In this document: positions 18,911 to 28,648 of the stretch, in pieces
Numbering within the stretch: the stretch's first letter is position 1
Layout of the letters: every line of letters begins with the position of its first letter
Notes under the pieces: generated by a model
The model's database searches: none
What the model was told of the DNA's origin: nothing
What the model saw: the letters and a program-made list of their open reading frames with translations, nothing else
Made by a program: the position numbers and the translations under genes
Origin: Clostridiales bacterium
GTDB lineage: Bacteria; Bacillota; Clostridia; Lachnospirales; Lachnospiraceae
Reading direction: 5' to 3'
Assembly: GCA_021202015.1 (NCBI GenBank)
Contig: JAJQDV010000032.1
Coordinates: forward strand, 20,463-84,462
Length of the DNA: 64,000 bases

Positions 18911-19002
18911 AATAACCTGTTATAGATACAAGCTATAATGGGTTATTTTTTTTATGTATTAGACACTCGGATTTTGGCGTGTTAATATATTGCATATAAA
19001 AT
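18911..19002 (+). promoter_or_regulatory. Palindromic operator (TATAG-N7-CTATA) and promoter upstream of the metY-like gene
   Basis: AAAATAACC..TATAGATACAAGCTATA..GGTTATTTT; TTGGCG-17 bp-TAAAAT at 18974-19002. Confidence 0.55.
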
Positions 19003-19066
19003 CGGTATATAAACTTGGTTTTTAATATGAAAGATGAAGAAACTGATATTCCTGTAAGAGGGGATT

Positions 19067-20314
19067 GTGATGAAATTTAACACGACTTTGTTACACGGGA
19101 CGAAGGAAATCCCGTTTTTCGGGGATGCAGAATCGGGGGCGACTCAGCCGCCGGTCTGTCAGTCCAGCGCCTTCCGGCATACATCGGCGAAGCGCATGGA
19201 GCAGATTTTTCACAATAAAGCGCCGGGGTTTTCATATTCAAGGCTGGGAAATCCGACGGTGGAGGCATTTGAAAAGCGGATGACCGTTCTGGAGGGCGGG
19301 ATCGCCAGTGTGGCCTGCGCCTCCGGCATGGCGGCGGTTTTTAATTCGTTGATGAATATTCTGCGGGCGGGAGATGAGATTGTTTCCAGTGCCAGTTTGT
19401 ACGGCGGGACGATCGATCTGTTCCGGGAACTGAAAGCCTTCGGAATCACAGTGCATTACGTGGAAAATAATGATTGGAAAGCGTTTACGGCAAATACGAA
19501 TGAACACACCCGATGTTACTTTGCGGAAACCATCGGAAATCCCAAACTGGACGTCACGGATATCCGGTGTCTGGCAGATCTGGCTCACAGTAAGGGGTTG
19601 CCGCTTTTTGTGGATAATACAGCAGCGACGGCTTATCTTGTAAAACCGATCGAACTGGGAGCGGACATTGTTATCAATTCTACCTCCAAATATGTCAACG
19701 GCAGCAGCAATTCCATCAGCGGCGTCATCACGGATGGAGGAGGGTTTCGCTGGGATACGAAAAAATATCCGGGATTGCGCGATTTTGCGAAGTTCGGCCC
19801 ATTTGCTTATACTGTGAAGCTGCGCAACGGATTTTTTCGCAACACAGGCGGATGCCTGTCCCCGCAAAATGCGTTTTACAATATCATCGGTATGGAGACG
19901 CTGGGACTTCGGATGGAGCGGATCTCTGACAATGCGCTGGCGCTGGCGCGGTGGCTGCAAAAGGAATTTCCGGATATTACGGTAAATTATCCCGGACTGG
20001 AGACGAATCCCTGTTATGAGCTTGCAAAGGAACAGTTTGGCAGTCATTTCGGCGGGATTCTTACAATCCGCGTCGGAAGCAGGGAACGGGCCTATCGAAT
20101 TCTGGACAGTCTGAAGATTCCGCTGCAGGTGTCGAACATTGGAGATACCAAAACACTTGTGATTCACCCGGAGTCAACGCTGGCGGTGCACAGCACAGAA
20201 GAGGAGAAAGCCGCGGCGGGTGTATACGATGACCTGATCCGGGTGAGCGTCGGGATTGAGGATGCGGAGGATCTCATGAAAGATTTCGGGAGAGCAATCC
20301 GGGAAATGAAATGA
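19067..20314 (+). CDS. metY: O-acetylhomoserine aminocarboxypropyltransferase/sulfhydrylase (Cys/Met PLP family)
   Basis: YSRLGNPT, ASGMAA, ETIGNP, VDNT, NSTSKY (PLP Lys), NIGDTKTLVIHP, LIRVSVGIED. Confidence 0.8.
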   Translation: MMKFNTTLLHGTKEIPFFGDAESGATQPPVCQSSAFRHTSAKRMEQIFHNKAPGFSYSRLGNPTVEAFEKRMTVLEGGIASVACASGMAAVFNSLMNILRAGDEIVSSASLYGGTIDLFRELKAFGITVHYVENNDWKAFTANTNEHTRCYFAETIGNPKLDVTDIRCLADLAHSKGLPLFVDNTAATAYLVKPIELGADIVINSTSKYVNGSSNSISGVITDGGGFRWDTKKYPGLRDFAKFGPFAYTVKLRNGFFRNTGGCLSPQNAFYNIIGMETLGLRMERISDNALALARWLQKEFPDITVNYPGLETNPCYELAKEQFGSHFGGILTIRVGSRERAYRILDSLKIPLQVSNIGDTKTLVIHPESTLAVHSTEEEKAAAGVYDDLIRVSVGIEDAEDLMKDFGRAIREMK

Positions 20315-20324
20315 AAGGAATGGA

Positions 20325-20579
20325 ATGAATATGAGCACAACTTATGAGATTGACGAGACAGTTGACATTACCGACGTGGTATGTCCGGTCACTTTTGTAA
20401 AAGCAAAGGTGGCGCTGGAAGAACTGGATGAGGGTCAGATCCTGTCGATTCACATGAATGACGGGGAAGCGGTGCAGAATGTCCCGCGAAGCATCAAAGA
20501 GGAGGGACATCAGATTTTGAAGCTTTTGAAAAATGAGGACGACACCTATGATCTGATCGTGAGAAAGGCGGGTGATTAG
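20325..20579 (+). CDS. TusA/SirA-family sulfurtransferase
   Basis: VDITDVVCPVTFVKAKVALEEL CP motif; VQNVPRSIKEEGH. Confidence 0.9.
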   Translation: MNMSTTYEIDETVDITDVVCPVTFVKAKVALEELDEGQILSIHMNDGEAVQNVPRSIKEEGHQILKLLKNEDDTYDLIVRKAGD

Positions 20580-20582
20580 ATT

Positions 20583-20900
20583 ATGGCGAAGAGATGGACG
20601 GAGGCGGATTTTGATACGGAAGCATTCGCCGGTGAAAAACTGACCATCGTGGATTTTTATTCTGACAGATGCCTGCCGTGCAGGGCTCTTTCACCGGTGT
20701 TGGCAGAACTGGAGGAGACCTATGCAGATCAGCTGATTGTGGGCAAGGTGAATGCGGTGTATGAGAGCGGGCTGGTTTCCCGCTGGGAGGTAGCTTCGGT
20801 GCCGACGGTTTTATTTCTGAAAAACGGAAAAGAGATTGCGAGATTCAGCGGAGTGCAGAAGAAGGATGACCTGATCCGGGAAATTGAGAAGAATCTGTAG
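20583..20900 (+). CDS. Thioredoxin
   Basis: VDFYSDRCLPC (CXXC), VGKVN, VASVPT. Confidence 0.9.
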   Translation: MAKRWTEADFDTEAFAGEKLTIVDFYSDRCLPCRALSPVLAELEETYADQLIVGKVNAVYESGLVSRWEVASVPTVLFLKNGKEIARFSGVQKKDDLIREIEKNL

Positions 20901-20990
20901 CCGTTCCTGCATGTTGACAGAAGATAATTCATATTGTGATGTAAAATAATTTTTGATAAAATACAGAAATCAGAAAGGATTGATATTATC

Positions 20991-21197
20991 ATGAACATTA
21001 TTGTAGCAGGGGAAAAGAAAACTTATGAGGAAGGCATTACTGTCGAGAAGCTCATTGAGGAGGAAAAAGTGGAGACGCCGCAGTATGTAACCGTTTCCGT
21101 CAATGAAGAATTTGTGCAGAGAGCGGATTTTGCCACCCGTCAGCTGGCGGAAGGGGACGAGGTGGAGTTTTTGTATTTTATGGGAGGCGGAAGATAA
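20991..21197 (+). CDS. ThiS/HcyS-type sulfur carrier protein with capped C-terminus (GGG-R)
   Basis: VTVSVNEEFV..LAEGDEVEFLYFMGGGR; stop overlaps ThiF start (TAATG). Confidence 0.9.
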   Translation: MNIIVAGEKKTYEEGITVEKLIEEEKVETPQYVTVSVNEEFVQRADFATRQLAEGDEVEFLYFMGGGR

Positions 21198-22003
21198 TGG
21201 CTTTCACGAATGAACAGCTGGAGCGCTATTCCAGACATATTATACTGAAAGAAATCGGCGTGAAAGGTCAGAAGAAGCTTTTAAATGCGAAGGTGCTGAT
21301 CATCGGCGCCGGTGGACTGGGGGCGCCTGCCGCCATGTATCTGGCTGCAGCCGGAGTCGGAACGATCGGGATCGCCGACGCGGATGAGGTGGATCTCTCA
21401 AATCTGCAGCGCCAGATCATCCACGGAACGCCGGATGTGGGCAAGGCGAAGGTGCAGTCCGCAAAAGAGACGATGAACCGGATGAATCCGGATGTGACAG
21501 TCAACACGTACCGGACGTTTGTGGCGTCTGACAATATTCTGGATCTGATCCGTAATTATGATTTTATTATTGACGGGACAGATAATTTTCCGGCCAAGTT
21601 TCTGATCAACGATGCCTGTGTGATGGCGAAAAAGCCGTTCTCCCATGCGGGGATCATCCGTTTCCAGGGGCAGCTGATGACATATGTGCCGGGAGAGGGG
21701 CCGTGTTATCGATGTGTATTTCGCGACCCGCCGCCAAAGGATGCGGTACCGACCTGTAAACAGGCCGGTGTGGTGGGCGCCATGGGCGGCGTGATCGGCA
21801 GCCTTCAGGCCATGGAGGCAATCAAATATATCGTGGGGCAGGGCGAGCTTCTGACGGGGACGCTTCTGACTTATGACGCATTGAGCATGACGTTCCGTAA
21901 GGTACCGCTGCCGAAGGATACTTCCGACTGTCCCGTCTGCGGAAATCATCCGACGATCACACGGCTGATTGATTATGAACAGACGGAGTGTGAAGGAATA
22001 TAA
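21197..22003 (+). CDS. ThiF/MoeB/HcyF-family adenylyltransferase
   Basis: ERYSRHI, IIGAGGLG, DEVDLSNLQRQI, DGTDNF, CYRC and CPVC zinc motifs. Confidence 0.93.
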   Translation: MAFTNEQLERYSRHIILKEIGVKGQKKLLNAKVLIIGAGGLGAPAAMYLAAAGVGTIGIADADEVDLSNLQRQIIHGTPDVGKAKVQSAKETMNRMNPDVTVNTYRTFVASDNILDLIRNYDFIIDGTDNFPAKFLINDACVMAKKPFSHAGIIRFQGQLMTYVPGEGPCYRCVFRDPPPKDAVPTCKQAGVVGAMGGVIGSLQAMEAIKYIVGQGELLTGTLLTYDALSMTFRKVPLPKDTSDCPVCGNHPTITRLIDYEQTECEGI

Positions 22004-22005
22004 AT

Positions 22006-22431
22006 ATGAAGATCCAGATTAAAGAAGACGACATAAGGATGATGATTACTTTTGCAAAAGAAAGAACTCCGGAGGAGGCCTGCGGCCTGATTGCCGGGAC
22101 GGAGTCAGAGGGGATCCGGCGCATTGAGAAAGTATATTTTCTGACAAACACGGATCACAGCAGCGAACATTTTTCGCTGGATCCGGCGGAGCACTTAAGT
22201 GCCGTAAAAGACATGCGGCGTTTGGGATATATCCCGCTCGGGAACTGGCATTCTCATCCGCAGACGCCGTCCCGTCCCTCGGCGGAGGATATCCGGTTGG
22301 CTTATGACAGCACGGCGAGCTATCTGATCCTGTCTCTGGAGAATGAGGATGAGCCTGTTCTTAATTCTTTTCATGTAGAGAATGGCAATGCAGAGAAAGA
22401 AGAACTTATCGTGTTTCGTACAGGAGAGTGA
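22006..22431 (+). CDS. JAB/Mov34 (M67) metalloprotease, HcyD/Mec-like
   Basis: EEACG; WHSHPQTPSRPSAED (HXH-X7-S-X2-D JAMM motif). Confidence 0.92.
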   Translation: MKIQIKEDDIRMMITFAKERTPEEACGLIAGTESEGIRRIEKVYFLTNTDHSSEHFSLDPAEHLSAVKDMRRLGYIPLGNWHSHPQTPSRPSAEDIRLAYDSTASYLILSLENEDEPVLNSFHVENGNAEKEELIVFRTGE

Positions 22432-22612
22432 GGAACACGGGAGAACACAGGTCTGGAATACGATATTTTTACGTTTTGCGTCTGTCAGAAATGGCAGGCG
22501 CATTCTTTCATAGATTGACTTGTCGCGGAAGCCTGTGATATAATTTTCCACGGTATTTATGATTTTGTATAGCAGTCTTTGCCCCCGTTATGGGGGAAAT
22601 AAAGGGGCTTTT

Positions 22613-23068
22613 ATGTCGGTAAAGGTGGGAATTATATCGGATACGCACGGCCTTTTGCGGCCGGAGGTGGTTGGTACGCTCAAGAACTGCGATTATATTC
22701 TGCATGCGGGTGATTTTGCGGATGAGCGTATTCTGGAGAAGCTGCGCTTCCTGGGAGGAAAGTTTTATGCCGTGCGGGGGAATAATGATTTTTACTGGGC
22801 GACGGATCTTCAGCACAGATTGCGGTTTCGGATCGAGGATCTGGAGTTTCTGATGGTTCACGACCGCTATGACGCCGGGAAAGCGGCTCAGGAGGCCGAC
22901 GTGATCGTATACGGACACACGCATCGCTATTCCGAGGAAGTGTCGGGCGGCAGACTTTGGCTGAATCCGGGCAGCTGCGGACGGGCCCGGTTCGGCGGGG
23001 AGGTATCCTTTGCCGTGATGGAGATCAGCGGGCGGGAGTATACGGTCCGCAGGATTCTTCTCTCCTGA
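22613..23068 (+). CDS. YfcE-like metallophosphoesterase
   Basis: ISDTHG, HAGD, VRGNND, GHTH, LNPGS. Confidence 0.9.
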   Translation: MSVKVGIISDTHGLLRPEVVGTLKNCDYILHAGDFADERILEKLRFLGGKFYAVRGNNDFYWATDLQHRLRFRIEDLEFLMVHDRYDAGKAAQEADVIVYGHTHRYSEEVSGGRLWLNPGSCGRARFGGEVSFAVMEISGREYTVRRILLS

Positions 23069-23144
23069 AAGCAGCGCCGGCAGTCTGAAATCACTGCGCA
23101 GCTGTTCATCCGGTTCTTTTTCGGGCGAAGAAAAGCCAAAAGAT

Positions 23145-23531
23145 TCAGCTCAGCATGCCGCCGATCATTCCAGCTGCCATGCACATGACCAGAGCGGTGA
23201 CCGTATGTACCGTGTCGGAACTGATTCCCCGGTTCATAAGGAGAGATCCTGCCAGAAGAATCAGGAAATAGACCGCTCCCATCAGGACGCCCCACAGGAA
23301 TTTGCGCGTCCGCATCCGTTTTCCGGCAATGAGACCGCCGAGCAGGCACGACAGGATATAGGTTGCCAGAATGCCGATGTTGATGACGTTTTCATCCGGC
23401 TGCAGTTTCAGCAGCAGCAGCGCAAGGATCAGCAGGGCAAGTCCGGTGATCACATACATGATAAGAAGTGTGCTGATAATCATCAGCGGTCTGTTTTTTT
23501 TCTTTTCTGTTCTTTCCATTTTGATCTCCAT
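23145..23531 (-). CDS. Small integral membrane protein (TIGR04086-like)
   Basis: Four hydrophobic helices; GGLIAGKRMRTRKFLWG..G..Y and AGMIGGMLS end. Confidence 0.7.
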   Translation of the reverse strand: MEIKMERTEKKKNRPLMIISTLLIMYVITGLALLILALLLLKLQPDENVINIGILATYILSCLLGGLIAGKRMRTRKFLWGVLMGAVYFLILLAGSLLMNRGISSDTVHTVTALVMCMAAGMIGGMLS

Positions 23532-23700
23532 TCCGCCGCCTTTTCATCCTGCGGCACAAACAGTAATTAGAATCTGCGTTTTTTCAAAGGAATTCCTCCT
23601 GTTTATATGTATGTTTTTCTTGAAAAAATATACCGGGTGGAGTATCATAAAATTCTATTCGTCAAATTATTTGAAATAAGTATCACATTTTTACGGGAGA

Positions 23701-24975
23701 GTGAAATTTTTGGATTATAATGCTGTGATACAGCTTATCGTTTTGGTGATTTTGCTGGCGCTGTCCGCTTTTTTTTCTTCGGCGGAGACCGCTCTTACCA
23801 CTGTGAGCAAGATTCGTATGAAAACACTGGCTGAGGAGGGAGACCGACGGGCGCAGCTGGTGATTAAGATTACCGATGAGCCTTCCCGGATGCTCAGCAC
23901 CATACTGATCGGGAACAATCTGGTAAATATACTTGCTTCGTCCCTTGCTACGGTACTGGCCGTCCGGGCTTTCGGAAATGCGGGCACGGGGATTGCGACG
24001 GGCGTGCTGACCGTGCTGGTTCTCATCTTCGGTGAGATTTCTCCGAAGACGATGGCGACGATCCGGTCGGAGAGGATCTCGCTGCGCTACAGCAGGGTGA
24101 TCTGGGTGCTCATGTGTGTGCTGACGCCGGTGATTGCTGTGATCAATCGTCTTGCCAACGGAGTGCTCCGAATCCTCCGGGTTGATCCGGGAGAAAAAAA
24201 CAATGTTCTGACGGAGCGTGAGCTCCGTACAGTGGTAGAGATGGGACATCAGTCCGGCGTGATCGAGACGGAAGAAAAGCAGATGATCACCAATGTGTTT
24301 GACTTTGGAGACACAAAGGCGGAGGACATTATGATCCAGCGGATCGATATGGTCTTTGTCCACATCGACGCTTCCTTTGACGAGGTGGCGGAGATCTTCC
24401 GCGAGGAAAAGCTTACCCGTCTTCCGGTATATGAGGAGTCCCGGGATAAGGTGATCGGCATTTTAAATATGAAGGATCTGATCCTTTGCGACCGGGACAG
24501 TTTTTCCGTCCGCGCGATGATGCGGGAGCCCTTTTTTACCTATGAGCACAAAAATACGGCAGATCTTTTCATGGAGCTTCGAAAACGTAAGATCAATATC
24601 GCCATTGTCCTGGACGATTACGGCATGACCGCCGGACTTATTACGACGCAGGACCTGGTTGAGGAGATCGTGGGCGAGTTTCGGGACGATTATGATGAGG
24701 AAGAGGAGGAGCCTCTGCAGAAAATTTCCGACCGTGAATATCTGGTCGAGGGAAATGTGAGGCTGGACGACCTCAATGAGGCGCTGCACCTGCATCTGGA
24801 GTCGGAGGATTATGATTCCGTGGGCGGCTATCTGATCGGGCTGCTGGACCGTCTGCCGGATGTGACCGATTCCTGCATCACGCCGGACGGCATTTTTATG
24901 CAGGTGTGGGGGAAGGAGAAACACCGCATTTCCAGAATATATCTGAGGCTGCCGGAGAACGGGGAGGAAACCTAA
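23701..24975 (+). CDS. HlyC/CorC (CNNM) family CBS-domain transporter
   Basis: LSAFFSSAETA, TILIGNN, FGEISPK, TRLPVY, DDYG.TAGL.T..DLVEEIVGE. Confidence 0.92.
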   Translation: MKFLDYNAVIQLIVLVILLALSAFFSSAETALTTVSKIRMKTLAEEGDRRAQLVIKITDEPSRMLSTILIGNNLVNILASSLATVLAVRAFGNAGTGIATGVLTVLVLIFGEISPKTMATIRSERISLRYSRVIWVLMCVLTPVIAVINRLANGVLRILRVDPGEKNNVLTERELRTVVEMGHQSGVIETEEKQMITNVFDFGDTKAEDIMIQRIDMVFVHIDASFDEVAEIFREEKLTRLPVYEESRDKVIGILNMKDLILCDRDSFSVRAMMREPFFTYEHKNTADLFMELRKRKINIAIVLDDYGMTAGLITTQDLVEEIVGEFRDDYDEEEEEPLQKISDREYLVEGNVRLDDLNEALHLHLESEDYDSVGGYLIGLLDRLPDVTDSCITPDGIFMQVWGKEKHRISRIYLRLPENGEET

Positions 24976-24985
24976 GACACCTGAT

Positions 24986-25471
24986 TCAGAATCCAAGTGC
25001 CTGCAGCATCTTTCTTGCGCAGAGCGCAAGCTCGCGTTTGAGGGACAGACTGCCCGCGCACAGATAAGGAGCCTGGGATTTCAGCGGATTTTTCCGAGTG
25101 CTGTTCCGAAGCGCCGGATGATAGGGAATGCATGCGAGGCGGGTCTGCGGAATCCGCCAGACAGAGGCGATTTTTGACAGATTGAACTCCGGATCCGGGA
25201 CATAGTCCGAGATCAGAATGATATAGTTTGGAAAAGGCAGGGGGCTTTCACAGAGCAGACCGGAGATGTCTTTTGCGTTTTGCGGTAGCGCAATCACGAC
25301 GAGATCTGCCTGCCGCATCAGCCGCAGAGTCCGCCTGTCCCGACCGTTTTTGCAGTCCAGACACTGGATGTCCCCGTATTTTCGGAAAAAGGACGAGAAA
25401 TAGTCCATACAGAGATCAGAGATGAACGTCGGCGACGGACTCCAGAATGCTATATAATAGGAATGATTCAT
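24986..25471 (-). CDS. Hypothetical protein
   Basis: 161-aa ORF filling the gap between convergent/divergent genes; no motif recognised. Confidence 0.55.
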   Translation of the reverse strand: MNHSYYIAFWSPSPTFISDLCMDYFSSFFRKYGDIQCLDCKNGRDRRTLRLMRQADLVVIALPQNAKDISGLLCESPLPFPNYIILISDYVPDPEFNLSKIASVWRIPQTRLACIPYHPALRNSTRKNPLKSQAPYLCAGSLSLKRELALCARKMLQALGF

Positions 25472-25577
25472 TTTTCGGAAAACAAGAATCGAAAAGATCT
25501 TCTATATTGTAGCAGTGTCGTATCGGAATGTAAATAGCGTTTTTGTTCTGAAAAAGGAACAGTTGCGGTATACCGGA

Positions 25578-25705
25578 TTTTTTATCTCATAGGAAAGTTC
25601 GTCCTATGAGATAAAAAACGCTCCGCGGGGATGCACAGCTCGCGGATAGGAAATTTTGCGATGCAACCGCTCGCGCGCGAAGTGTCGCAAGCGACACTTT
25701 ATTTT
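25578..25705 (+). repeat. Dispersed multi-hairpin intergenic element, copy B
   Basis: 17-bp perfect stem TTTTTTATCTCATAGGA/TCCTATGAGATAAAAAA, then CGCTCCGC..GGATGCACA.., terminal hairpin AAGTGTCGC-AA-GCGACACTT, then TATTTT. Confidence 0.85.
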
Positions 25706-25725
25706 CAGCTTCGCGAGTTTACAAG

Positions 25726-25754
25726 TTGACAAAATGAAATCCGTAATTTATGAT
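25726..25754 (+). promoter_or_regulatory. Sigma-A promoter of fabH
   Basis: TTGACA-17 bp-TATGAT. Confidence 0.7.
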
Positions 25755-25827
25755 TAAATGAACGCAAGTGACACATTTATCACTTCGCGTCCTGAATATT
25801 TTTAAACAGATATAACTGGAGGACTGT

Positions 25828-26793
25828 ATGAGAGCACAGATCATCGGAACCGGAAGCTGTCTGCCGGAGAAAATAGTGACAAACGATTTCCTGTCCACCA
25901 TTGTTGACACGAGTGATGAGTGGGTCAGCAGCCGAACGGGGATTCGGGAGAGGCATGTTTCCATTGAGGAGACTACAGTTTCATTGTCCGCGGAGGCGGG
26001 ACGGCGGGCCATGGACATGGCGGGAATCCGGGCGGAGGAACTGGATCTGATCATTGTCGCGACCTGTACGGCGGATACGCTGGTTCCGAGCACGGCCTGT
26101 CTGGTTCAGGACGAGCTGGGCGCGGTGCGGGCAACGGCTTTTGATATCAACGCGGCCTGTTCCGGTTTCGTGTTTGCGCTCAATCTCGCGGATGTCTATA
26201 TGCAGACAGGCACGTACCGGACGGCGCTGGTGATCGGCGCGGAGACGCTCTCCCGCATTGTTGACTGGAAGGATCGGACGACCTGTGTGCTTTTTGCGGA
26301 CGGCGCAGGCGCGGCGGTCGTGCGTGCGGCCGAGACGGGTGTCTCCGTGTCAACGCTCGGCAGTGACGGGAGCCGCGGCGGCGCGATTTATGTAAAAAGC
26401 AGGGAGAATTATAATCCTTTCGTCCCGGAGCAGAAGCCCATGGATTTCTTATATATGGACGGCGGGGAAGTTTTCAAATTCGCGGTGAAAAAGATCCCGG
26501 AGGCTATCCTGGAGACGCTCGGCAAGGCGGGTCTTACCGTGGATGATATCGACTGGTTCCTGCTGCACCAGGCGAACGCACGCATCAATCAGGTCATTGC
26601 GAAGAAGCTGAAGATTTCCATCGACAGGGTGCCGATGAATGTGGATCACTGCGGCAATACCTCAGGGGGGAGCGTGCCGATTCTTCTTGACGAGGTGAAC
26701 CGGAAGGGTCTGTTGAAATCCGGAGACCGGATTGTCTTTGCGGGCTTCGGTTCAGGTCTGACCTGGGGGGTAATGGTCCTGACCTGGGCATAA
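25828..26793 (+). CDS. fabH: 3-oxoacyl-ACP synthase III
   Basis: RTGIRER, AFDINAACSGF (catalytic Cys), LHQAN, CGNTS. Confidence 0.95.
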   Translation: MRAQIIGTGSCLPEKIVTNDFLSTIVDTSDEWVSSRTGIRERHVSIEETTVSLSAEAGRRAMDMAGIRAEELDLIIVATCTADTLVPSTACLVQDELGAVRATAFDINAACSGFVFALNLADVYMQTGTYRTALVIGAETLSRIVDWKDRTTCVLFADGAGAAVVRAAETGVSVSTLGSDGSRGGAIYVKSRENYNPFVPEQKPMDFLYMDGGEVFKFAVKKIPEAILETLGKAGLTVDDIDWFLLHQANARINQVIAKKLKISIDRVPMNVDHCGNTSGGSVPILLDEVNRKGLLKSGDRIVFAGFGSGLTWGVMVLTWA

Positions 26794-26927
26794 AACATTA
26801 GGTTGCTTTTCATTTTAAACTGTGTTATACTCTGACGTGGAATGCGGAAAGCCGATATGAAAACGTCCTGATTCATCCGATGTTTCTTCTGATTCGGCAA
26901 TCTTATTCGGAAAGGAGCGGTTGTGTC

Positions 26928-27068
26928 GTGAAACATGTAAAGACTTTACATACAAAGAGATTACAGAGCACGGTGAAAAAGGGCGGTTGCGGCGAATGCC
27001 AGACATCCTGCCAGTCTGCGTGCAAGACTTCCTGTACTGTTGGCAACCAGAGCTGTGAGAAGAAATAG
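26928..27068 (+). CDS. scfA: SCIFF (six-cysteine-in-45) ranthipeptide precursor
   Basis: GTG start after AAGGAG; MKHVKTL..KKGGCGECQTSCQSACKTSCTVGNQSCE. Confidence 0.96.
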   Translation: MKHVKTLHTKRLQSTVKKGGCGECQTSCQSACKTSCTVGNQSCEKK

Positions 27069-27186
27069 AGAGTGATATTTACATATGAATGATCAGGCCG
27101 TATGCCGGAATGCATGCGGTCAATTTGTTGCGCGGGAGCGCGAATGGAAAATTCACTTTAGATAAGGTATTTTAAGCGAGGCGTTC

Positions 27187-28560
27187 ATGGTTCACCAGTA
27201 TAAAAACAACGGTTATAATATTGTCCTCGATGTGAACAGCGGCTCGATTCATGTGGTAGATGACATTTCCTATGAGATTATCGCCATGTATGAGGATCAC
27301 TCGAGGGAGGAGATCCTCCGCTCCCTGTCCGCTTTCGGACCGGAGGAGGAGTTGGCTGAGGCGTACGACGAGATTCGGGAGCTGGCTGAGGACGGTCAGC
27401 TTTTTACGGAGGATGAGTATGAGCCTTATCTCTCGGATTTTAAAAATCGCCCTACGGTGGTGAAGGCGCTCTGCCTTCACATCGCGCATGACTGCAATCT
27501 GTCCTGCCGATACTGTTTTGCCCAGGAGGGCGAGTATCACGGACGCCGGGATCTGATGAGTTTTGAGGTGGGCAGACGCGCGCTGGATTTTCTGATCGCG
27601 AATTCCGGCAACAGACGGAATCTCGAAGTGGATTTCTTCGGCGGCGAGCCTCTTATGAACTGGGACGTTGTCAGGGAGCTTGTGGCCTACGGGCGGGAGC
27701 AGGAGAAGATCCATGACAAGAATTTCCGTTTCACCCTGACGACAAACGGCGTTCTCCTGGATGATGAGATCATGGAGTTCGCGAACCGTGAGATGGCGAA
27801 TGTGGTCCTGAGTATCGACGGCCGGAAGGAAGTCAACGATCACATGCGTCCGTTCCGCGGGGGACAGGGCAGCTACGACCGGATCGTACCGAAGTTTCAG
27901 AGGTTTGCGGAGAGCAGACATCAGGACAGGTATTATGTCCGGGGTACCTATACGCATTATAATCTTGATTTTTCCGAGGATGTGCTCCATCTGGCCGATC
28001 TGGGATTCCGGCAGATTTCCGTGGAACCGGTGGTGGCGGAGGACTCGCAGGCCTATGCGCTGCGGGAGGAGGATCTGCCGACGCTGTTTGCGGAGTATGA
28101 TAAGCTTGCGGCGGAGATGGTCAGGCGGAAAAACGAGGGCGGAGATTTTAATTTCTTTCATTTTATGATCGATCTGGAGGGCGGTCCCTGTGTGGCGAAG
28201 CGCCTGTCGGGGTGCGGTTCCGGGACGGAGTATCTGGCGGTGACGCCGTGGGGGGATCTGTATCCCTGTCATCAGTTTGTCGGGAATGAACGCTTTCGGA
28301 TGGGAAATGTGTGGGACGGTGTGGTCCGCACGGATATCAGGGATGCGTTTCAGTCCTGCAATGTCTATGCGAAGGAAAAGTGCCGGAGCTGTTTTGCGAG
28401 GTTCTACTGCAGCGGGGGCTGTGCCGCGAATTCCTATCATTTCCACGGGCATATCAACGATGCGTATGACATTGGCTGCGAGCTGCAGAAAAAGCGGATT
28501 GAATGCGCGATCATGATCCGGGCTGCCGAGGCGCAGTCGGAATCCTTTTATGAGAAATAA
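27187..28560 (+). CDS. scfB: SCIFF radical SAM/SPASM thioether maturase
   Basis: CLHIAHDCNLSCRYC, FFGGEP, GCGSGTEY, YPCHQF, CRSCFARFYCSGGC; adjacent to scfA. Confidence 0.95.
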   Translation: MVHQYKNNGYNIVLDVNSGSIHVVDDISYEIIAMYEDHSREEILRSLSAFGPEEELAEAYDEIRELAEDGQLFTEDEYEPYLSDFKNRPTVVKALCLHIAHDCNLSCRYCFAQEGEYHGRRDLMSFEVGRRALDFLIANSGNRRNLEVDFFGGEPLMNWDVVRELVAYGREQEKIHDKNFRFTLTTNGVLLDDEIMEFANREMANVVLSIDGRKEVNDHMRPFRGGQGSYDRIVPKFQRFAESRHQDRYYVRGTYTHYNLDFSEDVLHLADLGFRQISVEPVVAEDSQAYALREEDLPTLFAEYDKLAAEMVRRKNEGGDFNFFHFMIDLEGGPCVAKRLSGCGSGTEYLAVTPWGDLYPCHQFVGNERFRMGNVWDGVVRTDIRDAFQSCNVYAKEKCRSCFARFYCSGGCAANSYHFHGHINDAYDIGCELQKKRIECAIMIRAAEAQSESFYEK

Positions 28561-28648
28561 GGACGTCATTATATTCAGACAAAAGAAACATGTGACGAAA
28601 AGGGGCCGATCGTTGCAGTGTGAATAAATTTTGGAGGTAAAGGACACA

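Noticed and set aside
20991-22003. Thiamine (thiSF) or molybdopterin (moaD/moeB) biosynthesis
   Set aside because: No thiG/thiH/moaE; the capped GG, JAB protease and MetY point to the homocysteine sulfur-carrier pathway.
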